Source: an uncultured Methanosarcinales archaeon (GTDB taxonomy: Archaea > Nanobdellota > Nanobdellia > Woesearchaeales > GW2011-AR9). From it: a stretch of 64,000 nucleotides of DNA. Of the stretch, positions 27,650 to 37,931 are shown piece after piece. Location of the stretch: positions 108,301 through 172,300 of the forward strand of contig CAYJXA010000001.1 in the NCBI GenBank assembly GCA_964373955.1, written 5' to 3'. Numbering within the stretch: the stretch's first letter is position 1; each line of letters opens with the position of its first letter. A program made the position numbers and the translations under genes. The notes under the pieces were generated by a model, which worked only from the letters and a program-made list of their open reading frames with translations, was not told the origin of the DNA and did no database searches.

Positions 27650-27913
27650 TTAAATAATGTCTTCTTCCGCAACCACAATAAAGTCACCTTTAGCGATAAC
27701 AGCAGAAAAGGGAATCAATATCTGGCCTTCCTTGGTTTTCTCCAATTCCATGCGATCAGTATAAGGAGTAGGATTCTTCAATAAGAGGTGAATTAACTCG
27801 CCGGAACCAACTTCAAAGATGAGATCTCCCACTTCTCCGAATTTCTTACCTGATTTAGAAACAATAGTTTTCCCTATCAACTCCTTAGAATAATTTTTGT
27901 CTTTCTCTTCCAT
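27650..27913 (-). CDS. PRC-barrel domain protein
   Basis: 87 aa. ..LIGKTIVSKSGKKFGEVGDLIFEV..G.L is the PRC barrel pattern. Downstream of the giant gene on the same strand. Confidence 0.55.
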   Translation of the reverse strand: MEEKDKNYSKELIGKTIVSKSGKKFGEVGDLIFEVGSGELIHLLLKNPTPYTDRMELEKTKEGQILIPFSAVIAKGDFIVVAEEDII

Positions 27914-28053
27914 AATGATTCACCTTCTTTGAGTATAATAGCCTGTGGATGGATGGTGACTATATAAAGTTTACGGTGATGGATTGGGATGATTCCCTCT
28001 AACCTATAGTTCAGACTACCGGGAGGGACGTTGATCCAAAAATAACCTCTTTT

Positions 28054-31000
28054 CTATTGCTTTTCTTTTCCAAGCTCTTTATTCAATTTCTCTAATTCTC
28101 CCTCAACCTGCAACAATCTTTTTTTCAGAGAAACTGACTCGCTGAGGGAAGACTTTGGACGAGAAATTCTTTCTGCTTCTTTCGCTTTCCGAGCACTATC
28201 AGCAGGCCCCAATCCGGCGATAGTTTCTTCGATTTGTCCTAGTTTTCGATTTAAGAATCTCTTTCGCTCTAGCGAGTCAACTCGGGAGGAAATATTCTCA
28301 TGGGAAGCAGGAGGTAAAAACTCTGGGGGTAGCTGTCCCGCTCTGAGCATACCGAAAGGGGGTTTTGGCGGTACCACTGTACCCGCTTCTGGCTGGTACT
28401 CCAATGATTTAAGATTTTTGTTAATCTGGTCATACTCTTCCTGTAGTTCTACCTGCTGCTTCTTTCCCCAAGCTGAAGGAAGAGTGACGCTAATGCTTGG
28501 TGCGGTCTTCTCAACTTCTTTCTTCCGTTCTCTGGTTTGGATAAAAGCTTTATATTTTCGATATTCTTCCCGCATCAAAATGGAAGTCAGGAAGAGCAAA
28601 GGTAAAAAGATAAGGAGAGCAATTAATCCTACCCAATACGAACTATACTGCAACGCCCTCCCTTTAAACTGTTGGAAGAATGCGCCCCCAACTAGAGCTC
28701 TTGCTTTAGGAGGCACAACTTCAGGGGCAACTACTACCGGAAGAGGTGCTGCCGCCATCACTTCGATCTGACGATGACTGGTAATGTGATAATCTCCATA
28801 CGTTAATTCAATAGTAAGAGTATACTGCCCTGGCTCAAGATCAGAAGGCACAAAGAGAGTTGCATTTTCTATTTCCTCCCTGCCGCTTTGAATAAAAATA
28901 ACATCTTTCCCCTCGGTTTTTATTACCCCCTCTTTCTCCAGGGTGAAATCCAAAACGACGTCTCCGGAAATATTGCTTACCGCTTTCATTAAATATCTCA
29001 CCATGATATTTTCCCCAGCCGGTACCGGAGAGGTAACATCAAGTATCCTTAGGTCAAAGAGTTTTACACAGGAGTGTTGAATGCACACTTCATCAGTACT
29101 ACATTGATCATCAGTGATACATTCATACTCTATGCATTGGTTATTGAAACAATATTGATCTGCTTCACAATCAGCATCGGTGGTGCATTCTACTTTTGGT
29201 TTACTTGCTCCACCTCCGCCGCCTCCACCCCCCGTTACCGCTTCGCTTTCCGTTGTAATCGTTTCACTGGCAGTAAAACTGCTGAAACTGGAAGTATTAA
29301 AAGTGAGTGTTCCGCTGCTGTAACTGATAAGAGTACAACCTGAGCCAAGACAATCAGATCCGCTTATCTCGCTAGCGCTTGATCTAAAGAGTGGATCCTT
29401 AGTCACCCCCGTAACTGAACTAAAAGTAAGCCCTTGAAGAATGATTGTTCCTGTCCGATTTAGGCCTACGAACGCAGAAGTATTAAAAGCGAAAAAATTA
29501 TCTGCAATGATGAGGTTCTTTCCATGCCCCAGCTCAAAGGGAAGACTGATATTAGAGATATTTGTCCATTGCACTGAACCAAAACTATTGTTATATTTCA
29601 TAGTTTGGGCGCAGGCAGATCCGGTAAAGAGAAGAGTAGTATTCTCAAACTGGTTATCCACAAAAGTGTTATTGCAAGAGTTCTCAACTGCTACTCCGGA
29701 AGTTATATTTCTCGTTTCCCGCACTTGTAAAGAGAGAGGATAGGTATATCCGCTACTAACATTAAAACTGGAGTTAAACAGGGCAGTAAGATTATCAATA
29801 TAATTAGAGGAATTGCCATTAGCTATTAAAGCATTAGTGATGTAAAAATCACAAATAGATCCGGGGAGATTAGTGACAACATTACTACAATTAGTTAATC
29901 CGTTAGTATCAGCAGAATCTTTCCGAAGAAAGATGGTCTGGTTAGAAGGAGTTGATCCTGAACTAGAATTAAGAAAACCAAGAATAAGATTAAAATTGTT
30001 ACTGCCATCCGCCATAATGATGGTGGTGTTATCTGCAGAAACATTAACGGAGCCGCCGCCGCCGGTGTACCTTAGGCTGCCATTATAAATCACCCCATTA
30101 TACGTCAAAGGCGAATAGGAGCTTCTAAAAGATATGATAGAAGATATTCGACTGCTATCATTGATAATATTACTCTCTAGATAGGAATGGTTAGAAAGAT
30201 TAAGAAGTACCGCCTGAACCCCCTCTTCATAAATAAGATTCCCCGTGAGATTTGCTTGGCTGCTGTTGAAAATTTGTATAGCCCAAGCAACATTAGAGTG
30301 TAAAACAGTATCAGTAATAATGCTCTTGCTGGTGTTATCAACAGAAATTCCCTGGGTATTCGTTGTAAAGGTGCTATTGCTTACTGTTACATTATTAGTA
30401 TTAGATTCAAAAACCCCCAGAGAAAAATTACTGATGAATATATTTTTAACAGTGACATTATTTACATCACTTATATTTACTCCTAACCCTACGCCATTGC
30501 CGATAATCGCATACCCTGCACCATCAATGATAATATTACTTCTCAGAACGGTAAAACAGGTTCCAGAGGAGGTAATATTTCTCGTTAAAGTAACGCTGGA
30601 GTTAACAGAGCCACACAATGTGTCAAGAGCCGCAAAACTGCTAAAAGAGGTAGTATTAAAGAGAAGTACTTGGCTAACATTATCAAAACTAAAAATAGTG
30701 CAGGAAGTGCCATTACAATTGGTTCCGCTGGTTCTTATTTCATTGGCATTAGTATTAAAAGTCTCCAATCTTCGGATATTGACCACTTCACTAAAACCAA
30801 GCCCCCTAAGAGTAATATTTGCGCTGGAGTTAATTCTTCCAGAGGTGAAAGCGGAAGTATTTACCGCAAGGGTATTATTTCCAATAAAGATATTCCTACC
30901 TACACCGATACCATTAGAATTATTAACATCTAAAGTTAAATCCCGAAGGAAACTACCCGTACCATTATCAATCCATTCGATCCCTCCAAAAGAGTTATTG

Positions 31001-34000
31001 TAAATAAGATAGTTACTGACATTAGCAGCACTATCGTCAGAAATTTCCACAGACCCATTAGAACTGATATTAATGTTGACGAAATAATTATTTCTTATAC
31101 AGTCTCCACTAGTGCAATCTCCCAGCGAAAAAGAGTTAAGGAAGAGAGCGCTAGACGTGCCAAAGTGAGTAATATTTTCATCTGTAAAAGTGTTGTTCTC
31201 AACTACTCCCTGCCCCTGAAGATCATAGGATATGCCCAGGCTGCCCCCCCCGGAATAGAAACGATTAGAAGAAAAATTCATAGTATCCACTCCAGCTATG
31301 AGCACGGTGCTCCCAAAAGCAGCAAAATCTATCAGGGTATTAGAGAAGAAAATTCCCCCGGACACATTACGTAAAATTATTCCCCCCTGGTTACTGTTAT
31401 TAGTTCTATTCACGTAATTTCCAGTGATATTAAAGCTTTTTGATTGAAATGAAATATTAGTATTAATTGCCGTCCCCGAAGAATTTAATTCAAAGAAGTT
31501 GTTAGCGATGGTCGTATGATTAGAGTTTTGTACAAAAAGAAGATCGAGACCTGATCTGGTTCGTGTTACTAAGGTCATATTGGTAATATTAGTACCGTTC
31601 GAATTCTGAACACGAATGTTAGTAGTGAAATTATTCAGCGTGAAATTAAAAAGAGTAATATTGTTAAAACCATTAATAGTTACTCCCGTCCCCGAGCCAT
31701 TACTGTAAACGGAATGGCCAGAACCATTGATGAAGAGGTTAGAATTATTAATAATAAAACAGTCCCCGGTACTACTTAAATCATGATTTAAGGTAAAACT
31801 AGCGGTTACCCTCCCACAGAAATTACTGATGGTAAGATTTCTTGTTTCAGAAACTGCAGAAGTTCCCCCGTCACTACAGTTAATAGACCAGTGGTATTCC
31901 CCATTGAGAAGAGAAGCATTAGCAGTTATACTAGTAGCGGTTGCATTTCGGGTAGAACTATTTCGGCCATAAGGGGCTGTAACCCCCTCGCTATTGTTCA
32001 AATAAAGAGTACAGTCTAAAGTTCCCTGTTGCGCTAGATCATCCGTGACATTAAAAGCAAAACGAGGAGTACTATTAGTATTGTTCAAAGTGTTATTGGG
32101 AGGAGATAAAAGGGAGATAGTAGGAGAACTGTTATCAGCGGTGACGGCAGTGAAACTGCCAAAAGAAGTCATGTTAAAGAGAAGAACTTGAGAGGCATTA
32201 TCAAAACTCAAAATAAGACAGGATGTTCCATTACAATATTCCCCTCCAGTTTTAATTTCATCGATATTCGTGCTAAACGTTTCTAACCGCTGGATGTTAG
32301 CTACGGAATTAAATCCTAAACCGACTAGGGTAAGATTGGCGCTAGAATTAATTCTTCCTGACGTAAAAGCAGACGTGTTAATGGTAACGCTATTATTACG
32401 AATAAAGAAACTCCTCTCTAATCCTATCCCCAAAGCATTACCAACCTGAAGATCTAAATCATCCAGGAAACTATTGTTAGTCCATTGAATTTTACCAAAG
32501 GAGTTGTTATATACAAAAGAATTGAGGTTAGAGTTTCCTGATTGATCATCTATTTCAGAAGTACTAGCGCTGGAGATATTATTATTTCGAAGAGTATTGT
32601 TGGCGGCACTAGCTTGGATAATAATACTTCTAACGGTATCAGTAGTGAAGTTATTCTCCACAAGCGTGTTTCGAGAGGCGTTCTGTCCAAGATTAACCAA
32701 CCCTCTTATAATATTAGACGAGATGTTGTTATCGCTGGAAGATTCACCGGTAGTAGTAATAAAGTTGAAATCAAGAGCAATACCGTCTCCCAAGCTGGTG
32801 ATATTATTAAAGTCTACAATACTAAAACTAGAGTTGACAAAATAAAGACTGCTGCTGTTAGTGGTAACAATTCTATTAAAACTAATGTTGTGGGACAGCG
32901 CATGTTGGGCTAGGATTCCCTCGGCTGCATTTCCAGTCGTATTAACATTATTAAAAATGATGGTGTTGTTTCTTTCACCCGGATTGATTAATATCCCTAC
33001 CGCTCCTAATCCCGAAGTGATAACCGTATTAGATTGCAGACGATTGGAAGAAACAGCAATGTCCAACCCATAAGAATTATTTCCTGAAGTCACCACTTTA
33101 TTTGAATCGATAACCAGGAGGGTTGAGGTGAGTGATCTTATTCCAGGTGACGAGTTAGTAAAAGTAGTGACATTATTTCTGCTGATGTTAGACCGGTTCG
33201 CGCTGGAGAAACTAATTCCTATACTGCCTGTGCTTGCATTGCCAGAAATAATGGTGTTATTCCAGATGGTGTGATTGACGGAGTCTCTTACATCTATTAC
33301 GGTGGAAAAGTTAACCGCGATTAGGTTTCGAACGGTGAGATTATTGAATCCAATTGCTAAAACTGCCGAGCCAGATCCATCTCCCGTTATGGTAAATCCC
33401 GCACCCTCAATCAGGATGTTAGAAGCGTTGACGATAAAGCACGTGCCATCAGTACTGATATTATTGTTAATAGTGACATCATTATTAATAGTGCCGCATT
33501 GAGTTACATTGCTTCCCGAAGTAGCGGAATAATTACTAAATGAAGCAACTGTCGCAGTTAAGATTCCCGTAGTAGAATCATAGGAAGCGATAGTGCAGAG
33601 AGTATTATCGTTATCACACCTCACCCCATCTTTCAATAAGAATGGCTGGGTAGAGTAAGTTAAATTTTTTATGTCTATACGGGCGGATCTATTAAGGTTA
33701 AGCGACTGAGCTGTGTCGAGAATACCCGTGAGATTTTGCTGTAAAAAGATAGTTTGTCCAAGCACTAAACTCATATTGGTAGTGAGATTTTCCCTGGTCC
33801 AGTTTATCATCCCAAAAGAATTATTGTAAATGAGCGTGTTGTTAGTCTCTAAGCCACTCAGATCATAAATACTAAAATTTACTACGGCATTGATGGTATT
33901 ATTCCGGAAAGTATTGTTATAGGTGCTAACATCACTTATCTCTATAGTGGCCAAGGTGGAATTGCCAGTAATATTGTTAGCGATAAAAGAGTTATTACTA

Positions 34001-37000
34001 TTATTGATGAGCAGAAGACCATAACTATTCCAGCCAATGATAGTATTAGATGCGATTATCCCCCCGCGGGTGTTCAACATATACAATCCTGGTGCTATTG
34101 TCCCGGACGTGTTCATATAATTCTGGGAGATGTTAGTCCTATTTGCAAAATTTCTAAGTTCTATTGACGCGCTAGCATTGGCAATAGTACTGAGAGTATT
34201 ATTAAAGAGTACACCGTCAAGAGCGCTGTCCCACCAGATTGCGTCTTTGTTAGAGGAAGTATCCGCCTGTTCAACCATCAGGCAGTTTTTAATGGTGACG
34301 TTATGAAAGCCGGTGTTATTAACTCCCTTTCCCTCTGCACTGGAAGAACCATACCTAATAACATTTCCAGTACAATTAATGAAAATGTTGGATGCGTTTA
34401 TAATGAAACAAGTGTTCTCCGCGCTTACATTCTGGTTGAGAGTAAAATTTCTATTGACATACCCACAACTAGCAATGTCCGCAGCAAAACTGCTAAACGA
34501 AGTAGTATTGAAACGCAAGATGCCGGTGTTTACATTATAATTAAAGACAAGGCAAGAATTGCTGCTGATACAATCAGTTCCTGCTCTGATCACGGTAGTA
34601 CTATTCTCATCATACTCTTCCAAACGACGGATACTTTCAACCCTGCTGACATTAAGGGCATAGAGGGTAAGATTCGCGCTGGAGTTTATTCTCCCCGATA
34701 CAAATGCGGAAGTATTAACGGTGATAATATTCTGCCCAATGAAAATATTTCTACCTAATCCAATCCCCAGACTATTATTAGCATTCAAGGTTAAATCCTG
34801 CTGAAAGCTCGTATTCGTCCATCGGATCTCCCCAAAGGTGTTGTTATAAATGAGATAATTTACCAAACCTGCTGATGACGAATCAGAAATCTCAGTGTTA
34901 TTTGACGTAAAGTTATTGTTTAAGAAGGTATTATTTTCAGAAGTGCTTAAAATTGACAACACCGTCGATTTACTCGAATTAAGGGAATTGTAATCGAAGA
35001 GGTTATAGCTGCCATTAACTAGGTTAATAGCAAGGTTAGGGCCAGAGCCAGTCGTATTGATGATGTTAGAACTAACATTATTATAGTTAGAAGTCCTTAA
35101 ACCAAGACCAGTAGAACCATTCCCGATAGAAAACAGAGTATTAGAAAGTAGGATATTGCCCTCTGAAAAGTTGAGCAGGATTCCATGAGAATTGGTAGCA
35201 TTAATAGTGAGGGTGCTGGTGTTAATCACAGAACTATTTGTGTCTTGAAAAACGATACCTGGTCTTTCTCCATCCCCCGCTGCGGTTTCGATAGTGACAT
35301 TAGAGATGGTAATATTAAACCCAGCAGTGATATGAATCCCTTCTGAAAAATTGTTGAGAGCAATATTCCTAATAGTAATATTCCTAAAGCCTGAACTGTT
35401 GATTCCAAACCCGCTTCCGGTTCCCGTGAGTACATACCCGGCACCATTAATCAGGATATTGGAAGCATTAATAGTTAAACAAGTTCCCGTAAAGGTTGTA
35501 TTTTGAGTTAAAGTGAGATTCCCATTGACCGTTCCACAAATGGAAGACCCGTTTCCCAAGGCAGCAAAACTGCTAAAAGAAGTAGTATTAAACCGCAAAG
35601 TACTATCTGCTCCCATACTAAACACGGTACAACTACTCCCCAGGCAATCCACCCCATTGTTAGAAATATTGGTAGAATTCGTATCATAAGCAGGAACTTT
35701 CAGAATAGAATTTATCGCCGTAAAGTTCAAACCAAAGACGGTTATGTTAGCTGTTCCGTTAATCCAGCTGCTCCCGAACGTAGAAGTATTTAACGCAATA
35801 ACATTGCTCCCTATAAAAAGATTCCTTGCTAAACCAATACCCTCACTGCTTGCAACAGAAAGTGTTAGGTTCCGAGTGAAGCTCCTTGTTCCATTATCAA
35901 TCCATTTTATCTCACCAAAAGAGTTATTATAGATGAGATAATTACTGACATTGGTAGCACTATTATCCTGTATCTCCTGGGACCCATTTGTGCTTATATT
36001 CACATTAATGAAATAATTATTTCTCACGCAATCCCCACCGGAACATTCTCCTTGCGAGAAAGAATTAAGAAAAACGGCGCTTTGAGTTCCAAAACTAGTA
36101 ATGTTGTCATTGGTGAAAGTGTTATTTTCCACAACGCCCATCCCTTGAAATCCAAAGGCGGTTGACAAGCTCCCTCCCCCAACGTATACTTTGTTAGAAG
36201 AAAAATTACTGTTAGTAACTCCCATTAAAAGAATCGCCGTTCCACCACTTCCAAAATCGAAGAGGGTATTGGAATTGAAATTCAAGCCAGTGATGTTTCC
36301 CAGATTGAATCCCCCCTGATTAGAATTATTTGTTCTATTAACGTAATTATTAGTAATGTTTAAATCGGTATTTAGAAAAAGAATGTTAGTATTAAGGGTC
36401 ATGGAAGAGGTATTCTGCTCAAAATAATTATTAACAATAGTGGTATGGTTTACATTTTGTAAGCTTATCAAAGCTTGCGTATTAGTTATGCGAGATAGAA
36501 AAGTAACGTTAGTGATATTAGTACCATTAGAATCCTGGACATAAATTTGTTGCGAGAAATTGTAAATAGTGAGATTAAAGATGGTAATATTATTGAAACC
36601 AGTGATATTAATTCCCACGCCAGAACCATTGCTAATAAGGGAATAACCAGAACCATTGAGAAATATGTCTGAACCATTAATGATAAAGCAGTGCGTATCC
36701 GCAACAATATTCTGAGTAAGAGTATAAACTCCGCGAGCAGTAAGATTAGCACAAGTTGATTGCAGGACCGTAGGGATGATGTATCCTGTGGGTGAAATGA
36801 TATTTGAAGGGTTATTCTCTGTTACTATTTCAACTGAAGCCCCAGTAATACTGTTTCCTGTTCCAAGGAAGGAATCCAGTGTAGTCACAATTATTTCTTT
36901 TTCGGAAAAAAAATGTCCCGGAATAGTATCAAAAACCAGAGTGGTAGTTGGCTCACTGACCAATAAGACAAAAATAAAAGAAATCATTCCTGCAAGCAAG

Positions 37001-37062
37001 AAATATTCTTTAGTCTCGTTCAGTGAATTCCTTTTCCAGTTTTTTCTCTCTCCTGATTTCAT
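28054..37062 (-). CDS. Giant (3002 aa) surface protein: N-terminal signal/anchor, multiple N-glycosylation-rich parallel beta-helix repeat modules, Cys-rich knot, C-terminal TM helix and cytoplasmic coiled-coil tail
   Basis: Uninterrupted 9 kb ORF. Asn/Thr/Ser-rich with hundreds of N-x-S/T sequons. The recurring TSFSSFAA motif marks about 6 modules. GGGGGGGG linker, CTTDADCEADQYCFNNQCIEYEC knot, then a TM (WVGLIALLIFLPLLFLTSILM) and a K/E-rich tail. Confidence 0.8.
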   Translation of the reverse strand: MKSGERKNWKRNSLNETKEYFLLAGMISFIFVLLVSEPTTTLVFDTIPGHFFSEKEIIVTTLDSFLGTGNSITGASVEIVTENNPSNIISPTGYIIPTVLQSTCANLTARGVYTLTQNIVADTHCFIINGSDIFLNGSGYSLISNGSGVGINITGFNNITIFNLTIYNFSQQIYVQDSNGTNITNVTFLSRITNTQALISLQNVNHTTIVNNYFEQNTSSMTLNTNILFLNTDLNITNNYVNRTNNSNQGGFNLGNITGLNFNSNTLFDFGSGGTAILLMGVTNSNFSSNKVYVGGGSLSTAFGFQGMGVVENNTFTNDNITSFGTQSAVFLNSFSQGECSGGDCVRNNYFINVNISTNGSQEIQDNSATNVSNYLIYNNSFGEIKWIDNGTRSFTRNLTLSVASSEGIGLARNLFIGSNVIALNTSTFGSSWINGTANITVFGLNFTAINSILKVPAYDTNSTNISNNGVDCLGSSCTVFSMGADSTLRFNTTSFSSFAALGNGSSICGTVNGNLTLTQNTTFTGTCLTINASNILINGAGYVLTGTGSGFGINSSGFRNITIRNIALNNFSEGIHITAGFNITISNVTIETAAGDGERPGIVFQDTNSSVINTSTLTINATNSHGILLNFSEGNILLSNTLFSIGNGSTGLGLRTSNYNNVSSNIINTTGSGPNLAINLVNGSYNLFDYNSLNSSKSTVLSILSTSENNTFLNNNFTSNNTEISDSSSAGLVNYLIYNNTFGEIRWTNTSFQQDLTLNANNSLGIGLGRNIFIGQNIITVNTSAFVSGRINSSANLTLYALNVSRVESIRRLEEYDENSTTVIRAGTDCISSNSCLVFNYNVNTGILRFNTTSFSSFAADIASCGYVNRNFTLNQNVSAENTCFIINASNIFINCTGNVIRYGSSSAEGKGVNNTGFHNVTIKNCLMVEQADTSSNKDAIWWDSALDGVLFNNTLSTIANASASIELRNFANRTNISQNYMNTSGTIAPGLYMLNTRGGIIASNTIIGWNSYGLLLINNSNNSFIANNITGNSTLATIEISDVSTYNNTFRNNTINAVVNFSIYDLSGLETNNTLIYNNSFGMINWTRENLTTNMSLVLGQTIFLQQNLTGILDTAQSLNLNRSARIDIKNLTYSTQPFLLKDGVRCDNDNTLCTIASYDSTTGILTATVASFSNYSATSGSNVTQCGTINNDVTINNNISTDGTCFIVNASNILIEGAGFTITGDGSGSAVLAIGFNNLTVRNLIAVNFSTVIDVRDSVNHTIWNNTIISGNASTGSIGISFSSANRSNISRNNVTTFTNSSPGIRSLTSTLLVIDSNKVVTSGNNSYGLDIAVSSNRLQSNTVITSGLGAVGILINPGERNNTIIFNNVNTTGNAAEGILAQHALSHNISFNRIVTTNSSSLYFVNSSFSIVDFNNITSLGDGIALDFNFITTTGESSSDNNISSNIIRGLVNLGQNASRNTLVENNFTTDTVRSIIIQASAANNTLRNNNISSASTSEIDDQSGNSNLNSFVYNNSFGKIQWTNNSFLDDLDLQVGNALGIGLERSFFIRNNSVTINTSAFTSGRINSSANLTLVGLGFNSVANIQRLETFSTNIDEIKTGGEYCNGTSCLILSFDNASQVLLFNMTSFGSFTAVTADNSSPTISLLSPPNNTLNNTNSTPRFAFNVTDDLAQQGTLDCTLYLNNSEGVTAPYGRNSSTRNATATSITANASLLNGEYHWSINCSDGGTSAVSETRNLTISNFCGRVTASFTLNHDLSSTGDCFIINNSNLFINGSGHSVYSNGSGTGVTINGFNNITLFNFTLNNFTTNIRVQNSNGTNITNMTLVTRTRSGLDLLFVQNSNHTTIANNFFELNSSGTAINTNISFQSKSFNITGNYVNRTNNSNQGGIILRNVSGGIFFSNTLIDFAAFGSTVLIAGVDTMNFSSNRFYSGGGSLGISYDLQGQGVVENNTFTDENITHFGTSSALFLNSFSLGDCTSGDCIRNNYFVNINISSNGSVEISDDSAANVSNYLIYNNSFGGIEWIDNGTGSFLRDLTLDVNNSNGIGVGRNIFIGNNTLAVNTSAFTSGRINSSANITLRGLGFSEVVNIRRLETFNTNANEIRTSGTNCNGTSCTIFSFDNVSQVLLFNTTSFSSFAALDTLCGSVNSSVTLTRNITSSGTCFTVLRSNIIIDGAGYAIIGNGVGLGVNISDVNNVTVKNIFISNFSLGVFESNTNNVTVSNSTFTTNTQGISVDNTSKSIITDTVLHSNVAWAIQIFNSSQANLTGNLIYEEGVQAVLLNLSNHSYLESNIINDSSRISSIISFRSSYSPLTYNGVIYNGSLRYTGGGGSVNVSADNTTIIMADGSNNFNLILGFLNSSSGSTPSNQTIFLRKDSADTNGLTNCSNVVTNLPGSICDFYITNALIANGNSSNYIDNLTALFNSSFNVSSGYTYPLSLQVRETRNITSGVAVENSCNNTFVDNQFENTTLLFTGSACAQTMKYNNSFGSVQWTNISNISLPFELGHGKNLIIADNFFAFNTSAFVGLNRTGTIILQGLTFSSVTGVTKDPLFRSSASEISGSDCLGSGCTLISYSSGTLTFNTSSFSSFTASETITTESEAVTGGGGGGGGASKPKVECTTDADCEADQYCFNNQCIEYECITDDQCSTDEVCIQHSCVKLFDLRILDVTSPVPAGENIMVRYLMKAVSNISGDVVLDFTLEKEGVIKTEGKDVIFIQSGREEIENATLFVPSDLEPGQYTLTIELTYGDYHITSHRQIEVMAAAPLPVVVAPEVVPPKARALVGGAFFQQFKGRALQYSSYWVGLIALLIFLPLLFLTSILMREEYRKYKAFIQTRERKKEVEKTAPSISVTLPSAWGKKQQVELQEEYDQINKNLKSLEYQPEAGTVVPPKPPFGMLRAGQLPPEFLPPASHENISSRVDSLERKRFLNRKLGQIEETIAGLGPADSARKAKEAERISRPKSSLSESVSLKKRLLQVEGELEKLNKELGKEKQ
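30250..36780 (-). repeat. Internal large segmental repeats within the giant gene (for example about 0.9 kb at 35.9-36.8 kb, about 70% identical at protein level to 30.25-31.2 kb)
   Basis: Protein segments FIINGSDIFLNGSGYSLISNGSGVGINITGFNNITIFNLT... and FIINNSNLFINGSGHSVYSNGSGTGVTINGFNNITLFNFT... align over about 300 aa. Confidence 0.5.
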
Positions 37063-37325
37063 ATCTGTTTTCCTTTCCTCATAAATTCTACTCTCACCAT
37101 GGCTCCTAATTGAAACTCAGGCCAAAATTTCTGCGGCACGGGAATACGACGCTGAATTTTTCCCTGCGCTTGCACTTTATCAACATAAAACAATGAAGCA
37201 TCTTCCAATTGTTCCACTTTTACAAAAGAACCGAGAGGAAACTCTCTCCAAAACTTCTTGGGAAGCGGAATTTTCCGTTGCCTGCGTCCCTGTCCTTGAA
37301 TCTTATCCACAAAGTAGATAGACAT
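37059..37325 (-). CDS. Tandem-duplicated AbrB/MazE/SpoVT-fold (swapped-hairpin) DNA-binding protein
   Basis: Two homologous halves (YFVDKIQGQGRRQRKIPLPKKFWREFPLGSFVKVE and FYVDKVQAQGKIQRRIPVPQKFWPEFQLGAMVRVE). Its stop overlaps the ATG of the giant gene (ATGA). Confidence 0.55.
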   Translation of the reverse strand: MSIYFVDKIQGQGRRQRKIPLPKKFWREFPLGSFVKVEQLEDASLFYVDKVQAQGKIQRRIPVPQKFWPEFQLGAMVRVEFMRKGKQI

Positions 37326-37496
37326 GTTATAGGTTTATTTCTTTATTAAATAGGTTTATTTTAAATATTTTATTGCCTTTATTAGACATATCACAAGTTT
37401 ATTTATAAAGTTTTTGGCGGATTGTTGGTCACAAATGGCAGCGGCGAGAACGGAGATACTGCTCTTTAGCTTAAAAATGAGGAACAACAAACAAGC

Positions 37497-37877
37497 CTAC
37501 TTAGAAAGATATTTTTCATAAAAAACACTGCCCACGTCTTTCTTCAAATCGCGGACCAGATTTTGGAAGGAGCGCTCATCAGCAGGACTGTTTTTATGTA
37601 AAAGATACGTCGTAACTTTCGCCTCTACAACACGATGGATGCTGTTAAACATTTGGCTGGCATTGCGATGACCCCCCTGTTCAATTTCTGCTTCGAGAAG
37701 CGCTCTTCGTTCGGCAAAAGCATTCATGAAATTATTCACAAAGTTCCCTCTCGTTTGGGTAGACGTTAAAAAATTATGGTCATTAATTCCTTTATTGCTG
37801 CCAGCATTTCGAGTAGTTTTAGTATAGGCTTTTAGCAAACTTAATTCAAATTCAAGAAGGAAGGCTTGAGTAATCAT
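37497..37877 (-). CDS. Hypothetical protein
   Basis: 126-aa ORF. No confident motif. Confidence 0.35.
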   Translation of the reverse strand: MITQAFLLEFELSLLKAYTKTTRNAGSNKGINDHNFLTSTQTRGNFVNNFMNAFAERRALLEAEIEQGGHRNASQMFNSIHRVVEAKVTTYLLHKNSPADERSFQNLVRDLKKDVGSVFYEKYLSK

Positions 37878-37931
37878 AATGGTGTTAAAATTAAGATAAA
37901 TATATAAATTGTTCGAAACTAAAGACTATAA

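Noticed and set aside
28418-37084. Many 60-250-aa plus-strand ORFs (for example 30245..31003, 34303..34758) inside the 3002-aa gene
   Set aside because: They are antisense shadows of a low-complexity, repeat-rich gene. They have no start context and give Leu/Val/Ile-rich junk translations.
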